From an uncultured Acidobacteriota bacterium (GTDB lineage Bacteria > Acidobacteriota > Vicinamibacteria > Vicinamibacterales > 2-12-FULL-66-21), in contig CAVVIH010000008.1 of the NCBI GenBank assembly GCA_963748295.1, positions 123,873 through 187,872 of the forward strand: a stretch of DNA of 64,000 bases, read 5' to 3'. Under the pieces are notes generated by a model. That model worked only from the letters and a program-made list of their open reading frames with translations. It did no database searches and was not told where the DNA came from. The position numbers were made by a program, and so were the translations under genes. Of the stretch, positions 42,185 through 52,144 are shown one piece after another. Position 1 is the first letter of the stretch, and the number at the start of each line of letters is the position of its first letter.

Positions 42185-42952
42185 ACCCAGGCCGCTGACG
42201 TGGCGTCGGCCCGATCCCCCGGCTCCTGCCGCACGCGACCCTCGTCACGAAGCTTGAAGAGGTGCGCGAGCACGGTTTCCACTGCCGCCTGTTCGAGAAC
42301 GGGCGCCAGATCGGAATAAACCTCACGGACGATTTCCGCCGCCGTTCGAGGCCGTCCTGTGACGGCGACGACGATCTGCTCGTCGCGTTCCGCACGATGC
42401 TTCACATACTGCTCAATCAGCGCTCGCGGCTGGTCGACGATCGGGCCATGACCCGGAAGCAGACGTTTCGGCTCGAGGCTCGCGACGAGGCGCAGCGAGG
42501 CGAGATACTGCGCGAGGTTGCCGCCGCGGGTCGCCGGAATGACGACGGTTCCACCCAGCCGCGCAAGATCGCCGCAATAGAGATCCCCTGAACGCTCGTC
42601 GAAAAAGCAGCAATGATCGGGCGCATGGCCTGGCGTATGGAGCACTGTCAGCTCGGTGTCGCCCGCGGTAAGGCGCTCGCCGTGCTGCAACCCCGGATGG
42701 ATGCGCATGCTGGCGCCCGGCCACCGCGCGTTGACCGTCGGCCAACCGGATAGATGATCGACGTGCGAATGCGTAATCAGGACGAGCAGCGAGCGGCGTC
42801 CCGTGCAGCGCGCGTTGGATCGCGTCGACGTGGTCTGGCGATCCCACGCCGGCATCGACGAGCGCGGGCACGCGGCCCTGCAGCAGCCACGTGTTGTTGC
42901 CGGTCGGGCCGGTCCACGCGGACGCGTTTCCGGCCGGCACCAGGAGAGGCAT
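42172..42952 (-). CDS. MBL-fold metallo-hydrolase (LACTB2-like; frameshift near 42795)
   Basis: WTGPTGNNTW, THSHVDH, TPGHAPDH, GDL, LPGHG, AHLFKL. Confidence 0.85.
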
Positions 42953-44260
42953 CAGAAATAGTACTTCAGCCGCACGTAGCCGAAGTCATCGGACGAGAAC
43001 CGTCCGATCAGGTCCCGGCCGCTCCCGATGAACCACCCGAGCGACCCTTCGAGCGCGACGTTGTCCTTCAGCGTGACGACGCCGATACCGCGGAGGAAGC
43101 CGGACGATTCCGATGCGTTGTAGACGGCGAACCCTCGCAGCCGATATCGCTCCCGGCCGAACGTCCGATCGGTCGATGCCATCAGCGAGACATCCGTGCG
43201 GCCGTCGCTGGCGGTCGCACCGGACGCAAGAGGCTCATCGTACGACTCGGAGTGTACGAGCACGGTGGCGCCAACGGTGTAGTCGCCGGCGCGCCGATCC
43301 AGCCCGACACCGGCATCGACGGATCGCCCGCTGACGCGCCCGAACGAAGGCGACTGAAAGCTGTCCTCGGCGAAGAACGCGGCTTCGCCACGAAATCCCC
43401 ACGGAACCCGAGACCGTTTCGAAGTCGCCGCCAATCATCGTGAACCTGGGATACGTCTCGGAGATCCTGATTTCGGCGCCAGTGACCGGTACCGCTACGA
43501 ACAGGCCGAACGGCTCGAACCCGCGATACGCAGACACACTCCAGTCGACACGCCTGGTGGTCGCGGAAAACCGAACGCCTCCCTGTGCGTTTTCCGCGGT
43601 GAACGCCGGCGTCTGCCGTTCACCGCGTGAAATCACAGGACAGCCGAGCGCGAGACAGGCGACTGGAGACTGCGCGGATGCAGCTGCGAGATTGAATGGC
43701 GATGTCGGTTCGTCGAGCTGGTCGAACCGGCCGCGCCGGAAGAACGGGACGTAAACCCCTTCGATCGCCACGTCTTCCGAGAAGGCGATGCGCCCGCGCA
43801 CCAGCGCGACCGGCAGCCTCGCTTCGCTGCGGCCTTCGAAAAAGAACCTCGACACGTCGAGCGGGTTGATGACGTCAGTCGGCTGCAGCTCGTCGAGCCG
43901 TCCCCACACGACGCGCGCGCTCCCGAGCAGCAGGTCCAGTTTTCGCCATGTGAACCCGACGTGGGCGTCGTGCACCCTGGCAATCGCATCCGTGACCCGG
44001 CCGGTGCGATCGGGTTCAGGGCCGACCGGCCTGCGCGCCAGCAGTCCCTCGGCAAATCCCGACAACGTTATTCGAATGCGCGGATTCGGCTCGAGCTTCT
44101 CCTCGGCGAAGAGCCGCACGCGCAGCTCGGTGGTGTCTTCGCGGTTCGGCAAATAATCGCCGAACACCGACACATGTCCGGTGGGCCGCTGCCGTGCTTC
44201 GGCCGCGGCGGCACAGAGCAGCACCGCCAGCGTCGCGACGGCGGCGCGGACGCGCGTCAT
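42952..44260 (-). CDS. Outer-membrane beta-barrel protein, DUF1302-like (frameshift near 43410)
   Basis: MTRVRAAV signal peptide, VVWGRLDELQPTDVINP, C-terminal VRLKYYF barrel signature. Confidence 0.75.
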
Positions 44261-46599
44261 GCGGCCGCCGACATGTTCGCGCGGCGCAACGCATCCGCGC
44301 CGAACACGCGCGGCATGAGCTTGATGATCGCCGGCAGGATGAATACTTCCGCCAGGAACGCGAGCGCCATCGTCAAGGCCATGAGCCCGCCGAACCAGGC
44401 CGTCGGCTTGTACTCCGACAGCAGCAGCACGCCAAAGCCGCAACTGTTGATGATCGCGGTCGTCAGCGAGGCGCGCCCCTCGTGGGCGGTGGCCAGCGCG
44501 ATGGCCTCGTCGGTCGACTGCGCCGGCGGCTGCTTCCTTGCGGTATCGATTGATGAAGTGAATCGTATCGTCGTCGACGACGCCAAGCGCGACGCTGGCC
44601 ACCATCACGGTGGCGATGTTCATCGAGATGTCGAGGAATCCCATGACCCGAGCACCGCGACGACCGGGAGCAGGTTCGGCACGATTGTCAGCAGCCCGAA
44701 GCGGAACGAACGGAACACGACGAAGATGACGCCGAATACCGTCAGGAACGCCGTGGCGAAGCTGTTGACCTGCGAGGTGACGAGGTAGTGATCGAGGGTG
44801 CTGAACAGCCGCCCGATCCCGTCGTCAGGACCGTGATTCCCGTGCCTTCGAACGTCCGTCGCCCGATCCTGTCGGCTTCCTCGACGAGCTCCAGCACCAG
44901 ATCGGAGCTCATCGACTGCAGCTTTATCGAAATCTGCGCGCGCGAGTAATCGCTCGCGACGACGCGCTCCAGCTCGTGACGTCCTTCGCCGCCGAGCGCG
45001 AAGACGAACAGCTCCTGCGCGATCGTGTCCGCATCTGCGGGCACGACGTCCGCATCGGGGCGGCCGTCGTTCAGTTCCTTGTTGATGCGGCGTACGTAGT
45101 CGACGACCGAGGTGACCTTGCGCACGTGCGGGAAGCGCCGGAGCTCCGCCTGCAGCGCGTCCATCCGCTGCAGCGTGTCGGGACTCTTCATCGAGTCTGG
45201 CGGGCCCTCCAGCATCATCTGAAAGCTGTACACACCAGACAACTGATGATCGATCACGAGAGCGGACGCTCCGAGCGGGTGGGTGCGGCTGAAGAAGTTG
45301 ATGTGGTTGGTGTCGACGCGGAGCCGGAGGATTCCGAGCGACGCGATCACGCCTGACGCGAGCGTTGCAACGAGCACGCGGCCGGGGTGCGCGCACGAAA
45401 AGCGCGCGATCCGCTGCAGCGGCCCGAGCAGGTACTGCTCGTGCGGCGCCGGCGCCGTCTCCGGCTTCATCAGCGACAGCATCGTCGGCATCAGCACCAG
45501 CGAAATGACGAAGTCGACCATGATGCCGACAGCGGACCCGATGCCGAACGCCCGGACCGCGACGACGCTGCTCGTTGCCAGCGACAGCATGCCCAGCGCC
45601 GTCGTGGCGCTGGCGCCGAACAGCGGCACGGCGAGATGCGACACCGTCGCCTTGAACGCCTGCTCGGCATCGCCGGTGCGACGCTGCTCGTCCCAGTGCT
45701 GCATGATGTGCACGTCGTCCGCAATCGCCAGCACCAGGACGAGCGGGATCAGCATGCTCGCGAGCACGTTGTAGCTGAACCCCAGCAGCGAGAAGAGCCC
45801 GAGCGTCCAGAGCACGCTGACGGCCACGGCGAACACCGTCAGCAGAGTCTTTCGCCACGACCTGAACGTCAGCGAAGATGGCAATGACGGTGATGAGCAG
45901 GATTGGAGGCGTGAACTTGTACTGGTTTTCCAGCGTAATCCGGTTGTAGGTCTCGCTGATTTCCAGGCTGCCGTTGTAGAAGGCGCGCACGCCGGCGGGC
46001 AGTCCGGGATCGACGATGTCGTGGATTCTCTGGATGACCCCGGCCCGCACATCGTCGATGCGGTCCTCGTCGAAGCTGACGACGATGGCCGTCACCGTGG
46101 CGTCCTCGGACACGAGATCGCCCCGAATCAGATCGTCCTTGAGAGCGCGGCGCTTCACATCGGCGGGGCCGCGCATGTCGAGGTTCTCGAGCAGCGGGCG
46201 CACGTCCAGGCCGCCCGCGTCGGCTTCTCCCGCCGCTGTTTTCGACGGAGGCAGTGCTTCGACGATCGTCGCAGTCGCCAGACTGTAGACGCGCTGAACG
46301 GTCTCGACTCTTTCGATCTCTTCGGTGACCCGCCCGATGAATTGCAGCGTCTCGCGCGAAAACAGCCGGTCGGCGGATTCCGCCTTCAGCGCCACGATCA
46401 GCACGCGGGTGCCCGGGAACTCGGCCCGGAAGCGCTCGTAGTCGCGGTATACCGGGTCCTGCTTCGAGAACCAGGCCGTGATGTCGTTGTCGATTGCCGT
46501 GATGTTCGCGCGCGGGGCAAGGGCGAACGCCCCGAGGACGATGAAAACCGAAAGGATGAAACGCCAGCGATAGATGGCGCCGGCGAGCGTGCGGCTCAT
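44257..46599 (-). CDS. MMPL/RND family transporter (frameshifts near 45870, 44815, 44640, 44520)
   Basis: IADDVHI and GVVDDDTIHF TM motifs, TTALGMLSL, two-fold repeat architecture. Confidence 0.85.
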
Positions 46600-47471
46600 T
46601 TGCCGGCTCCACGCTCGAGCTCGCGCCGGGCGAAGTCGCTCTCCTTGAGGCCGACGTTGTAGTCCATGCTCTCGACGACGAGCTCCGTGCGCGTCTTCTC
46701 GAGATCGTTGGTCATGGTGGACTCCATGACCGTCCAGATGCCCTCGATGCGCTCGACCCGCCTCACCGTGTAGACCTTCTGTTTCTCGTTCCGGCGGTTG
46801 AAGATGTCGGCCTGCACGACGACGAGGCTGTCCTTGAGGATCAGCGACACGACCCGTGGAAATTCGGCGTTCGCGTCCTTACGCCGCGATTCGAGTCGCC
46901 ACGCAGGCTGCGGCGATCCTCCAGCGGGAGGCGTCCACGATGCATCCGTGCCGTGCCCTGAGCCCGTCGAAGGGCCGGCGAACGCGTAGGTGTATTCGTC
47001 GAACTCGCGGCCGCCGATGTCCTCGTATGTGAAGTCGCTGCCGACGAAGCTCTCCTGGGTTTCGGCGCCGGCGATTCGCCGAACGCGGCCGAGTGACGGC
47101 AGGTAGAGGAACCGCTCGTCGTCCGCGTCCGGGTGTTCCCAGACGAGAAACGACGTACCGCGGATGTCGTTGGGAAAGGTGAAGCGGATCAGCAGGCGAT
47201 CGCCGTCCGGCGCCGTTGGCGCGTCGCCCGGCGCACTTCGTCCGCGCAGCGTCGTCAACGTCATCGCGCGCTCGCGGCTGCGTCCGCGCCGATCGAACAG
47301 CCTCATGCGCATCGCGCCGCGCGAGTCGCGTCCGATGTCGCGGTCCTGGACCTGGCGCGCAATGGATTCCGGGGACGGCGTCTGGGCATCGACGCGCTCG
47401 GGGCAACACGTCGCGGCGGTCAGGCCGACGGCGAGGATTGCGGCCAGCGCCTCCCGAACCCGGTTGAGCAT
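46596..47471 (-). CDS. Outer-membrane lipoprotein-sorting protein (LolA-like)
   Basis: LIRFTFPNDIRGTSFL, DDERFLYLPSLGRVRRI, SFVGSDFTYED, IEGIWT. Confidence 0.88.
   Translation of the reverse strand: MLNRVREALAAILAVGLTAATCCPERVDAQTPSPESIARQVQDRDIGRDSRGAMRMRLFDRRGRSRERAMTLTTLRGRSAPGDAPTAPDGDRLLIRFTFPNDIRGTSFLVWEHPDADDERFLYLPSLGRVRRIAGAETQESFVGSDFTYEDIGGREFDEYTYAFAGPSTGSGHGTDASWTPPAGGSPQPAWRLESRRKDANAEFPRVVSLILKDSLVVVQADIFNRRNEKQKVYTVRRVERIEGIWTVMESTMTNDLEKTRTELVVESMDYNVGLKESDFARRELERGAGK
46955..46975. repeat. REP-like palindrome inside the CDS
   Basis: GCCCTGAGCCCGTCGAAGGGC, translated as PSTGSG. Confidence 0.6.
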
Positions 47472-47482
47472 GGCTGGCCCGA

Positions 47483-47512
47483 ATTATGTGAAACATTTCA
47501 CAAATGTGTCAA
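47483..47512 (-). promoter_or_regulatory. sigma70 promoter with CRP/FNR- or Rex-type palindrome in its spacer
   Basis: Minus strand TTGACA-N18-CATAAT; TGTGA-AACATT-TCACA at 47487-47502. Confidence 0.8.
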
Positions 47513-47552
47513 ACCCCTTGAAAATTCGGGCAAAACACGTCATCGTCAGGTG

Positions 47553-47780
47553 ATGGCGCCTGAGACCGTCCTCATATTCGGCAAGGACACCTGCCCTTAC
47601 ACGCAGGCCGCGCGCGACGACTACGCGAAGCGGAAGGTCCCGTTCGAGTACGTGAACGTCAAGAAGAACCCTGCCGATCTGCAGCGGATGCTCGAATTCT
47701 CGAAGGGGCGGCGCGAGGTGCCGGTGATCGTCGAAACAGGGCGTGTGACGATCGGCTTCGGGGGAACCTGAGGCGTCTGA
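47553..47780 (+). CDS. Glutaredoxin-like putative selenoprotein (Sec-x-x-stop C-terminus)
   Basis: GKDTCPYT, VPVIV, TIGFGGT-TGA(47769)-GGC-GTC-TGA. If not recoded, the ORF ends at 47771. Confidence 0.8.
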
Positions 47781-47782
47781 CG

Positions 47783-47799
47783 GCTCCGCGGCGCGGGGC
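47783..47799 (+). promoter_or_regulatory. Candidate bacterial SECIS hairpin
   Basis: GCTCCGC-GGC-GCGGGGC, starting 11 nt after the TGA, with G in the apical loop. Confidence 0.6.
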
Positions 47800-47800
47800 G

Positions 47801-47858
47801 AAACAACTCCCAACTCCCCACGAAACAACTCCCAACTCCCAAAAAGACCAACTCCCAA
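47801..47858. repeat. CAACTCC heptamer array
   Basis: aaa caactcc caactcc cca cgaaa caactcc caactcc caaaaagac caactcc caa. Confidence 0.85.
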
Positions 47859-47873
47859 GGGAACCGGGTACTA

Positions 47874-48296
47874 TCAGCTTTTTTCCAGAACAGGGACGGA
47901 GATCTTCGCCCGGATCGCGTCGGGCACGGGCACCGGCTTGTGCGCACTGTAGTCGTACATCACCTGCACCGTGCGGGCGGTCGCAACGACGGCGCCCGAT
48001 GCATCGGCGATCTCATAGTCGTACATGAAGCTGGTCCGGCCAATCGCCGCGACGCCAATCCCCACCTCGAGCACCTCGCCGGAACGCACCGGCCGCCGAT
48101 AGTCGATCTCCGCGTGGGCGAGGATCACACCGGGCGCACCGGCGGGACGATCCTCGAGCGAGAAACCCCACAGCGCGCGCCAATGCGCGAAGCGCGCCTG
48201 CTCGAGGTACGTCAGGTACACCGCGTTGTTGACGTGACCCATCGGATCGCAATCCCGGAAGCGAACTTCGAGCCGATGCGAAAAGACTCGCTCCAT
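47874..48296 (-). CDS. Acyl-CoA thioesterase (hotdog fold, 4HBT family)
   Basis: VRFRDCDPMGHVNNAVYLTYLEQAR, IDYRRP, GRTSF. Confidence 0.92.
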   Translation of the reverse strand: MERVFSHRLEVRFRDCDPMGHVNNAVYLTYLEQARFAHWRALWGFSLEDRPAGAPGVILAHAEIDYRRPVRSGEVLEVGIGVAAIGRTSFMYDYEIADASGAVVATARTVQVMYDYSAHKPVPVPDAIRAKISVPVLEKS

Positions 48297-48318
48297 GGGT
48301 TTAGTCTACAATCACCGC

Positions 48319-49925
48319 GTGGCTCCCGTCGCCGCGGCATCGGCTGAAACATTCACCGACCAGGAGCGCCAGCAGCTGGCGCCTTACTTCACGAACCTCG
48401 ACGGCCACGTCTTCGCGCTGACGAACCTTCCCGAAACCGTGAAGGGCGCGCTCTTCGCGCGCTACTCGCGATCGGCGAAGTCGCTGCGGCGTCTCTTCCT
48501 CGACGAGTTCGCGAGCGGCGTGCCACCGGCGCCGCACGCCGACACGGGCGTCGGCATCGAGCGCGCGGAGAAGCTGTACGCGCGCGTCTTCAACGATTAC
48601 GGCGACGACTCCGTCGCGCAGCTCGGCGGCGCACACATCGCGTGCGAGTACGTCTCGAACGTGCTGACGAAGGTGCTCGAGTGGGGCCGCCTGATGGCGT
48701 ATCTCGAGCAGTCGACGCGCTACGTGCCGTATACCGACAAGCTGCACGGCCGCTGGCGCTATCACGTCCCGGCCGAGATTTCAGCCGGTCCGCTGCGTGA
48801 TGCGTACGAGCGGACCATGGACGAGACGTTCGAGGTGTATGCGCGGTGGATTCCGCCGATGCAGGAATACTTCGCGCGCAGATACCCGAAGAACGAGACC
48901 GATTCGGACGCGGTGCATCGCGCGGCGATCCGGGCAAAGGCGCTCGACACGCTGCGCGGCCTCCTGCCGGCGGCTACCCAGTCCAATCTGGGCATCTATG
49001 GCACCGGACAGGCGCTCGAGGCGCTGCTGCTGCGCATGCGCGCACATCCGCTTGCCGAGGTTCGCGAATGCGCGGACCAGATGCTGGTCGAGCTGCGGAA
49101 AGTGATTCCCGCATTTCTCGTCCGCGTCGATCAGCCGGAGCGCGGCGGACGCTGGAGCAGTACCTCGCCGAGACGCGCGAGCGCACCCTGGAGACGGCGG
49201 CCCAGCTCGTGGTCGACGAGCCCGAGGAACGCGACGAGGTCGTGCTCGCCGACTTCGATCCCGACGGTGAAGCGAAGGTCGTCGCCGCGGCGCTCTACTC
49301 CGCCACCGCGCTGCCCGACGATCAGCTCCTCGCGATCGCGCGCCGGATGACGCCCGACGATCGCGCCCAGGTGCTGCGCAGCTACGTCGGCGAGCGCGCC
49401 AATCGCCGTCACCGTCCCGGCCGTGCGTTCGAGCGCACCGCGTACCGCTTCGACGTGCTGACCGACTACGGCGCGTTCCGCGATCTGCAGCGGCACCGGC
49501 TGCTGACGATCGAGTGGCAGCCGCTGTCGCCGCGCCATGGATTCACCGAGCCTGACGCCATTCACGAGGCGGGCGCACACGACGACTGGCAGCGCGTGCT
49601 CGAAGCGTCGGCAGCGCTGCACGACAGGATCGTCGCGGCCGGGCTGCCGGGCGTCGCGCCGTACACCGTCGCCATGGCGTACCGCATCAGGTTCTACATG
49701 GAGATGAACGCGCGTGAGGCGATGCACGTCATCGAGCTGCGCTCGGCGCCGCAGGGGCATCCCGCCTACCGCCGCGTCTGCCAGCGGATGCACACGCTGA
49801 TCGCCGACGCCGCCGGTCATCACGCCATCGCCGAGGCGATGAAGTTCGCCGATCACTCCGAAGTGGAGCTGGAGCGGCTCGGCTCGGAGCGCGCGCTCGA
49901 ACGGAAGCGGCTTACTCCGCCTTGA
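48319..49925 (+). CDS. thyX: Tandem-domain FAD-dependent thymidylate synthase (frameshift near 49155)
   Basis: ALFARYSRS, YGDDSVAQL, EQSTRY, RGLLPAA, RAFE, DYGAFRDLQRHR, GHPAYRR. Confidence 0.85.
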
Positions 49926-50479
49926 CCTCTTCGCGGCTCCAGTAGCGGCCGAACTCGTCGAGGAACGTCAGCGAGTCGAACGACTTCATCCGATCGAAGA
50001 AGAGAATGCCGTCGAGGTGATCGGTCTCGTGCTGGATGACGCGAGCCGTGTACCCGCCGGCCCGCAGCTCGACCCGCTTGCCGCGCCGATCGTAGGCCTG
50101 CACCAGGATCTGCGTCGCGCGCGGCACCCGCCCGCGGATGTCCGGGATGCTCAGGCACCCTTCCCAGTCCTCGGCCATGTTTTCGCCGACAATCTTGATT
50201 TCGGGATTGATGAGCGCCAGCCGCGGCACGCTCCGGCCACGGTCCTCCTCGTCATCATTCATCATCGTCATCAGGGGGCGAGAAGCCGGCGACGAACAGC
50301 CGCACGCTTTCGTGCACCTGCGGCGCGGCAAGGCCGACGCCCTGGTACTCGTGCATCGTCTCGAACATGTCGTCGATCAGCCGCTGGATCTCTGGTGACC
50401 TGATCTCGGAGGGACTCAACTCGCGTGCGCGCGCGCGGAGGACGGGATGGCCCATGCGCGCGACCTTCAAGATCGCCAT
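49912..50479 (-). CDS. def: Peptide deformylase (frameshift near 50275)
   Basis: [23 protein letters not shown]. Confidence 0.95.
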
Positions 50480-50657
50480 GCACGCATTATCCCGTTTTCA
50501 GTATTGAGGCGGAAATGGCAGAACTGAAACGTCCGAGCCCGACCGAAACGCCATGTTGGCGTCAGAGTCGGCCCGGCCTTTTGGTATAGTTCTAGCCTCC
50601 CCTTCTAATCGTGGGGCGAGGTGTGCCCGATACGAGATGGGGGCGGTTTACTACCCT

Positions 50658-51110
50658 ATGAAGAAAACATCAATCGCCGCGATTCTGACGCTGGCCGCCG
50701 TCGCCAGCGGCTGTTTTGGATACGAACGCAAGAGCACAGTCGGCCCGTCTGCCACAGGCGTCGCCGCGCTGATGGGAAGCTGGACGTCGGGGAGCCTGGT
50801 TCCGCAGCCCGGCCAGTGCACGGACATGCACTGGGATGTCACCGAGCAGACCGGCAACAGCGCCTCGGGACGCTTCAGCGCCACGTGCGCCGGCGGGCTT
50901 CAATTGACGGGAACGGCGCGTGGGACGCTGACCGGCTCGCTCGTGAACTGGAGCGCCGACGCAACCGCGACTGCCCCGGGTCTCACCGCATCCTGTCCCA
51001 TCGCTCTGACCGGAACCGCGGAGCTGGGGATCGACTCGATTCGCGTCCCCTATCGCGGCACGACCTGCCTCGGGCCGGTTGAGGGGATCGAAACGCTGCG
51101 CCGGCGCTGA
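50658..51110 (+). CDS. Hypothetical Cys-containing lipoprotein
   Basis: MKK...VASGC lipobox; four further Cys. Confidence 0.7.
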   Translation: MKKTSIAAILTLAAVASGCFGYERKSTVGPSATGVAALMGSWTSGSLVPQPGQCTDMHWDVTEQTGNSASGRFSATCAGGLQLTGTARGTLTGSLVNWSADATATAPGLTASCPIALTGTAELGIDSIRVPYRGTTCLGPVEGIETLRRR

Positions 51111-51117
51111 GTGCGGG

Positions 51118-52125
51118 TCAGCGGAGATCGTCCGCTGACTTCGCGCCGTAGAATTCGAACCAGGGCCGCGCCGGCTTCAGGCGCTCGTTGACGTTGCTGA
51201 TGTTCTTCACGCCCTCTGATTCGAGCCACGCTTTGAACGCCGCGCCGCCCTGCTTCGCGTAGACGGGGATGCCTTCCTTCCACGTCGCCCGACCACACAG
51301 CACGCCGGAGAATCTGGTCTTGGCTTCGGCGGCCAGCTCGAGCGACTCGGTGAATTCGGCGTTGCTCACGCCCGCGGACAGATAGATGAACGGACGCGTC
51401 GCGACATCCGCGGCGCGCCGGAAGTGATCCATCGCTTCCTGCTTCGAATAGGCCTTCTGCCCGCCGAACGCTTTCGTGCCCTCGACGCACTTCATGTTGA
51501 TCGGCACTTCGACCTTCATCACGTCGACGCCGTAGCGATCCTTGGTGAACTCCTGCATGCTGCGCGTGACGATCTCGGGCTTCTTCTTCGAGAACTCGAG
51601 GCCCTTCTCGTCGGCCCCTTCCTCATAGCCGACGAATTCGAGGAAGAACGGAATGTCGTTGGCGCGGCACTCGTCGCCGATGCGTTCGACCCAGGCGTGC
51701 TTCTTGTCGTTCACGTCGGCCGGATCGAACGGCGTGTAGTAGAGCAGGATCTTGAGGCAGTCCGCGCCCGCCTCCTTGAGCCGTCGAACCGACCACTCGT
51801 CGAGCAGATCGGGAAGCCGGCCCGGCCCGGTCTTGTCGTATCCGGTCTTCTCGTACGCGAGCAGAAGACCCGCCGACTTCGCGCGGCGCTTGCTCGCGGG
51901 AAGTCCCCACTCGGGATCGAGCAGAATCGCGCTCGCATGTTTCGTCAGCACTTCGGTGACGTGGACCTTGAATTCCTCCATGTCCTTGTCGCCGATGTCA
52001 CCGCCTTTCTCCTTGGCGAGCGCCTTCTGCAGCGACCCGCGCTGATCCATCGCGGCCGCGGCGATCACGCCGCGATCGTTCGAAACGGCCTTCATGCCTG
52101 CAAGCTTGCCTGCTGAGATTTTCAC
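51118..52125 (-). CDS. lacD: Tagatose-1,6-bisphosphate aldolase family (class I)
   Basis: AMDQRGSL, SAILLDPEWG, YEKTGYD, KVEVP, PFIYLSAGV, GVLCGRATW. Confidence 0.9.
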   Translation of the reverse strand: MKISAGKLAGMKAVSNDRGVIAAAAMDQRGSLQKALAKEKGGDIGDKDMEEFKVHVTEVLTKHASAILLDPEWGLPASKRRAKSAGLLLAYEKTGYDKTGPGRLPDLLDEWSVRRLKEAGADCLKILLYYTPFDPADVNDKKHAWVERIGDECRANDIPFFLEFVGYEEGADEKGLEFSKKKPEIVTRSMQEFTKDRYGVDVMKVEVPINMKCVEGTKAFGGQKAYSKQEAMDHFRRAADVATRPFIYLSAGVSNAEFTESLELAAEAKTRFSGVLCGRATWKEGIPVYAKQGGAAFKAWLESEGVKNISNVNERLKPARPWFEFYGAKSADDLR

Positions 52126-52144
52126 AACTGTCTCCTCGAACCGC

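Noticed and set aside
47133-47552. N-terminal extension of the glutaredoxin ORF
   Set aside because: It overlaps the LolA-like gene and promoter on the opposite strand; the domain begins at ATG 47553.
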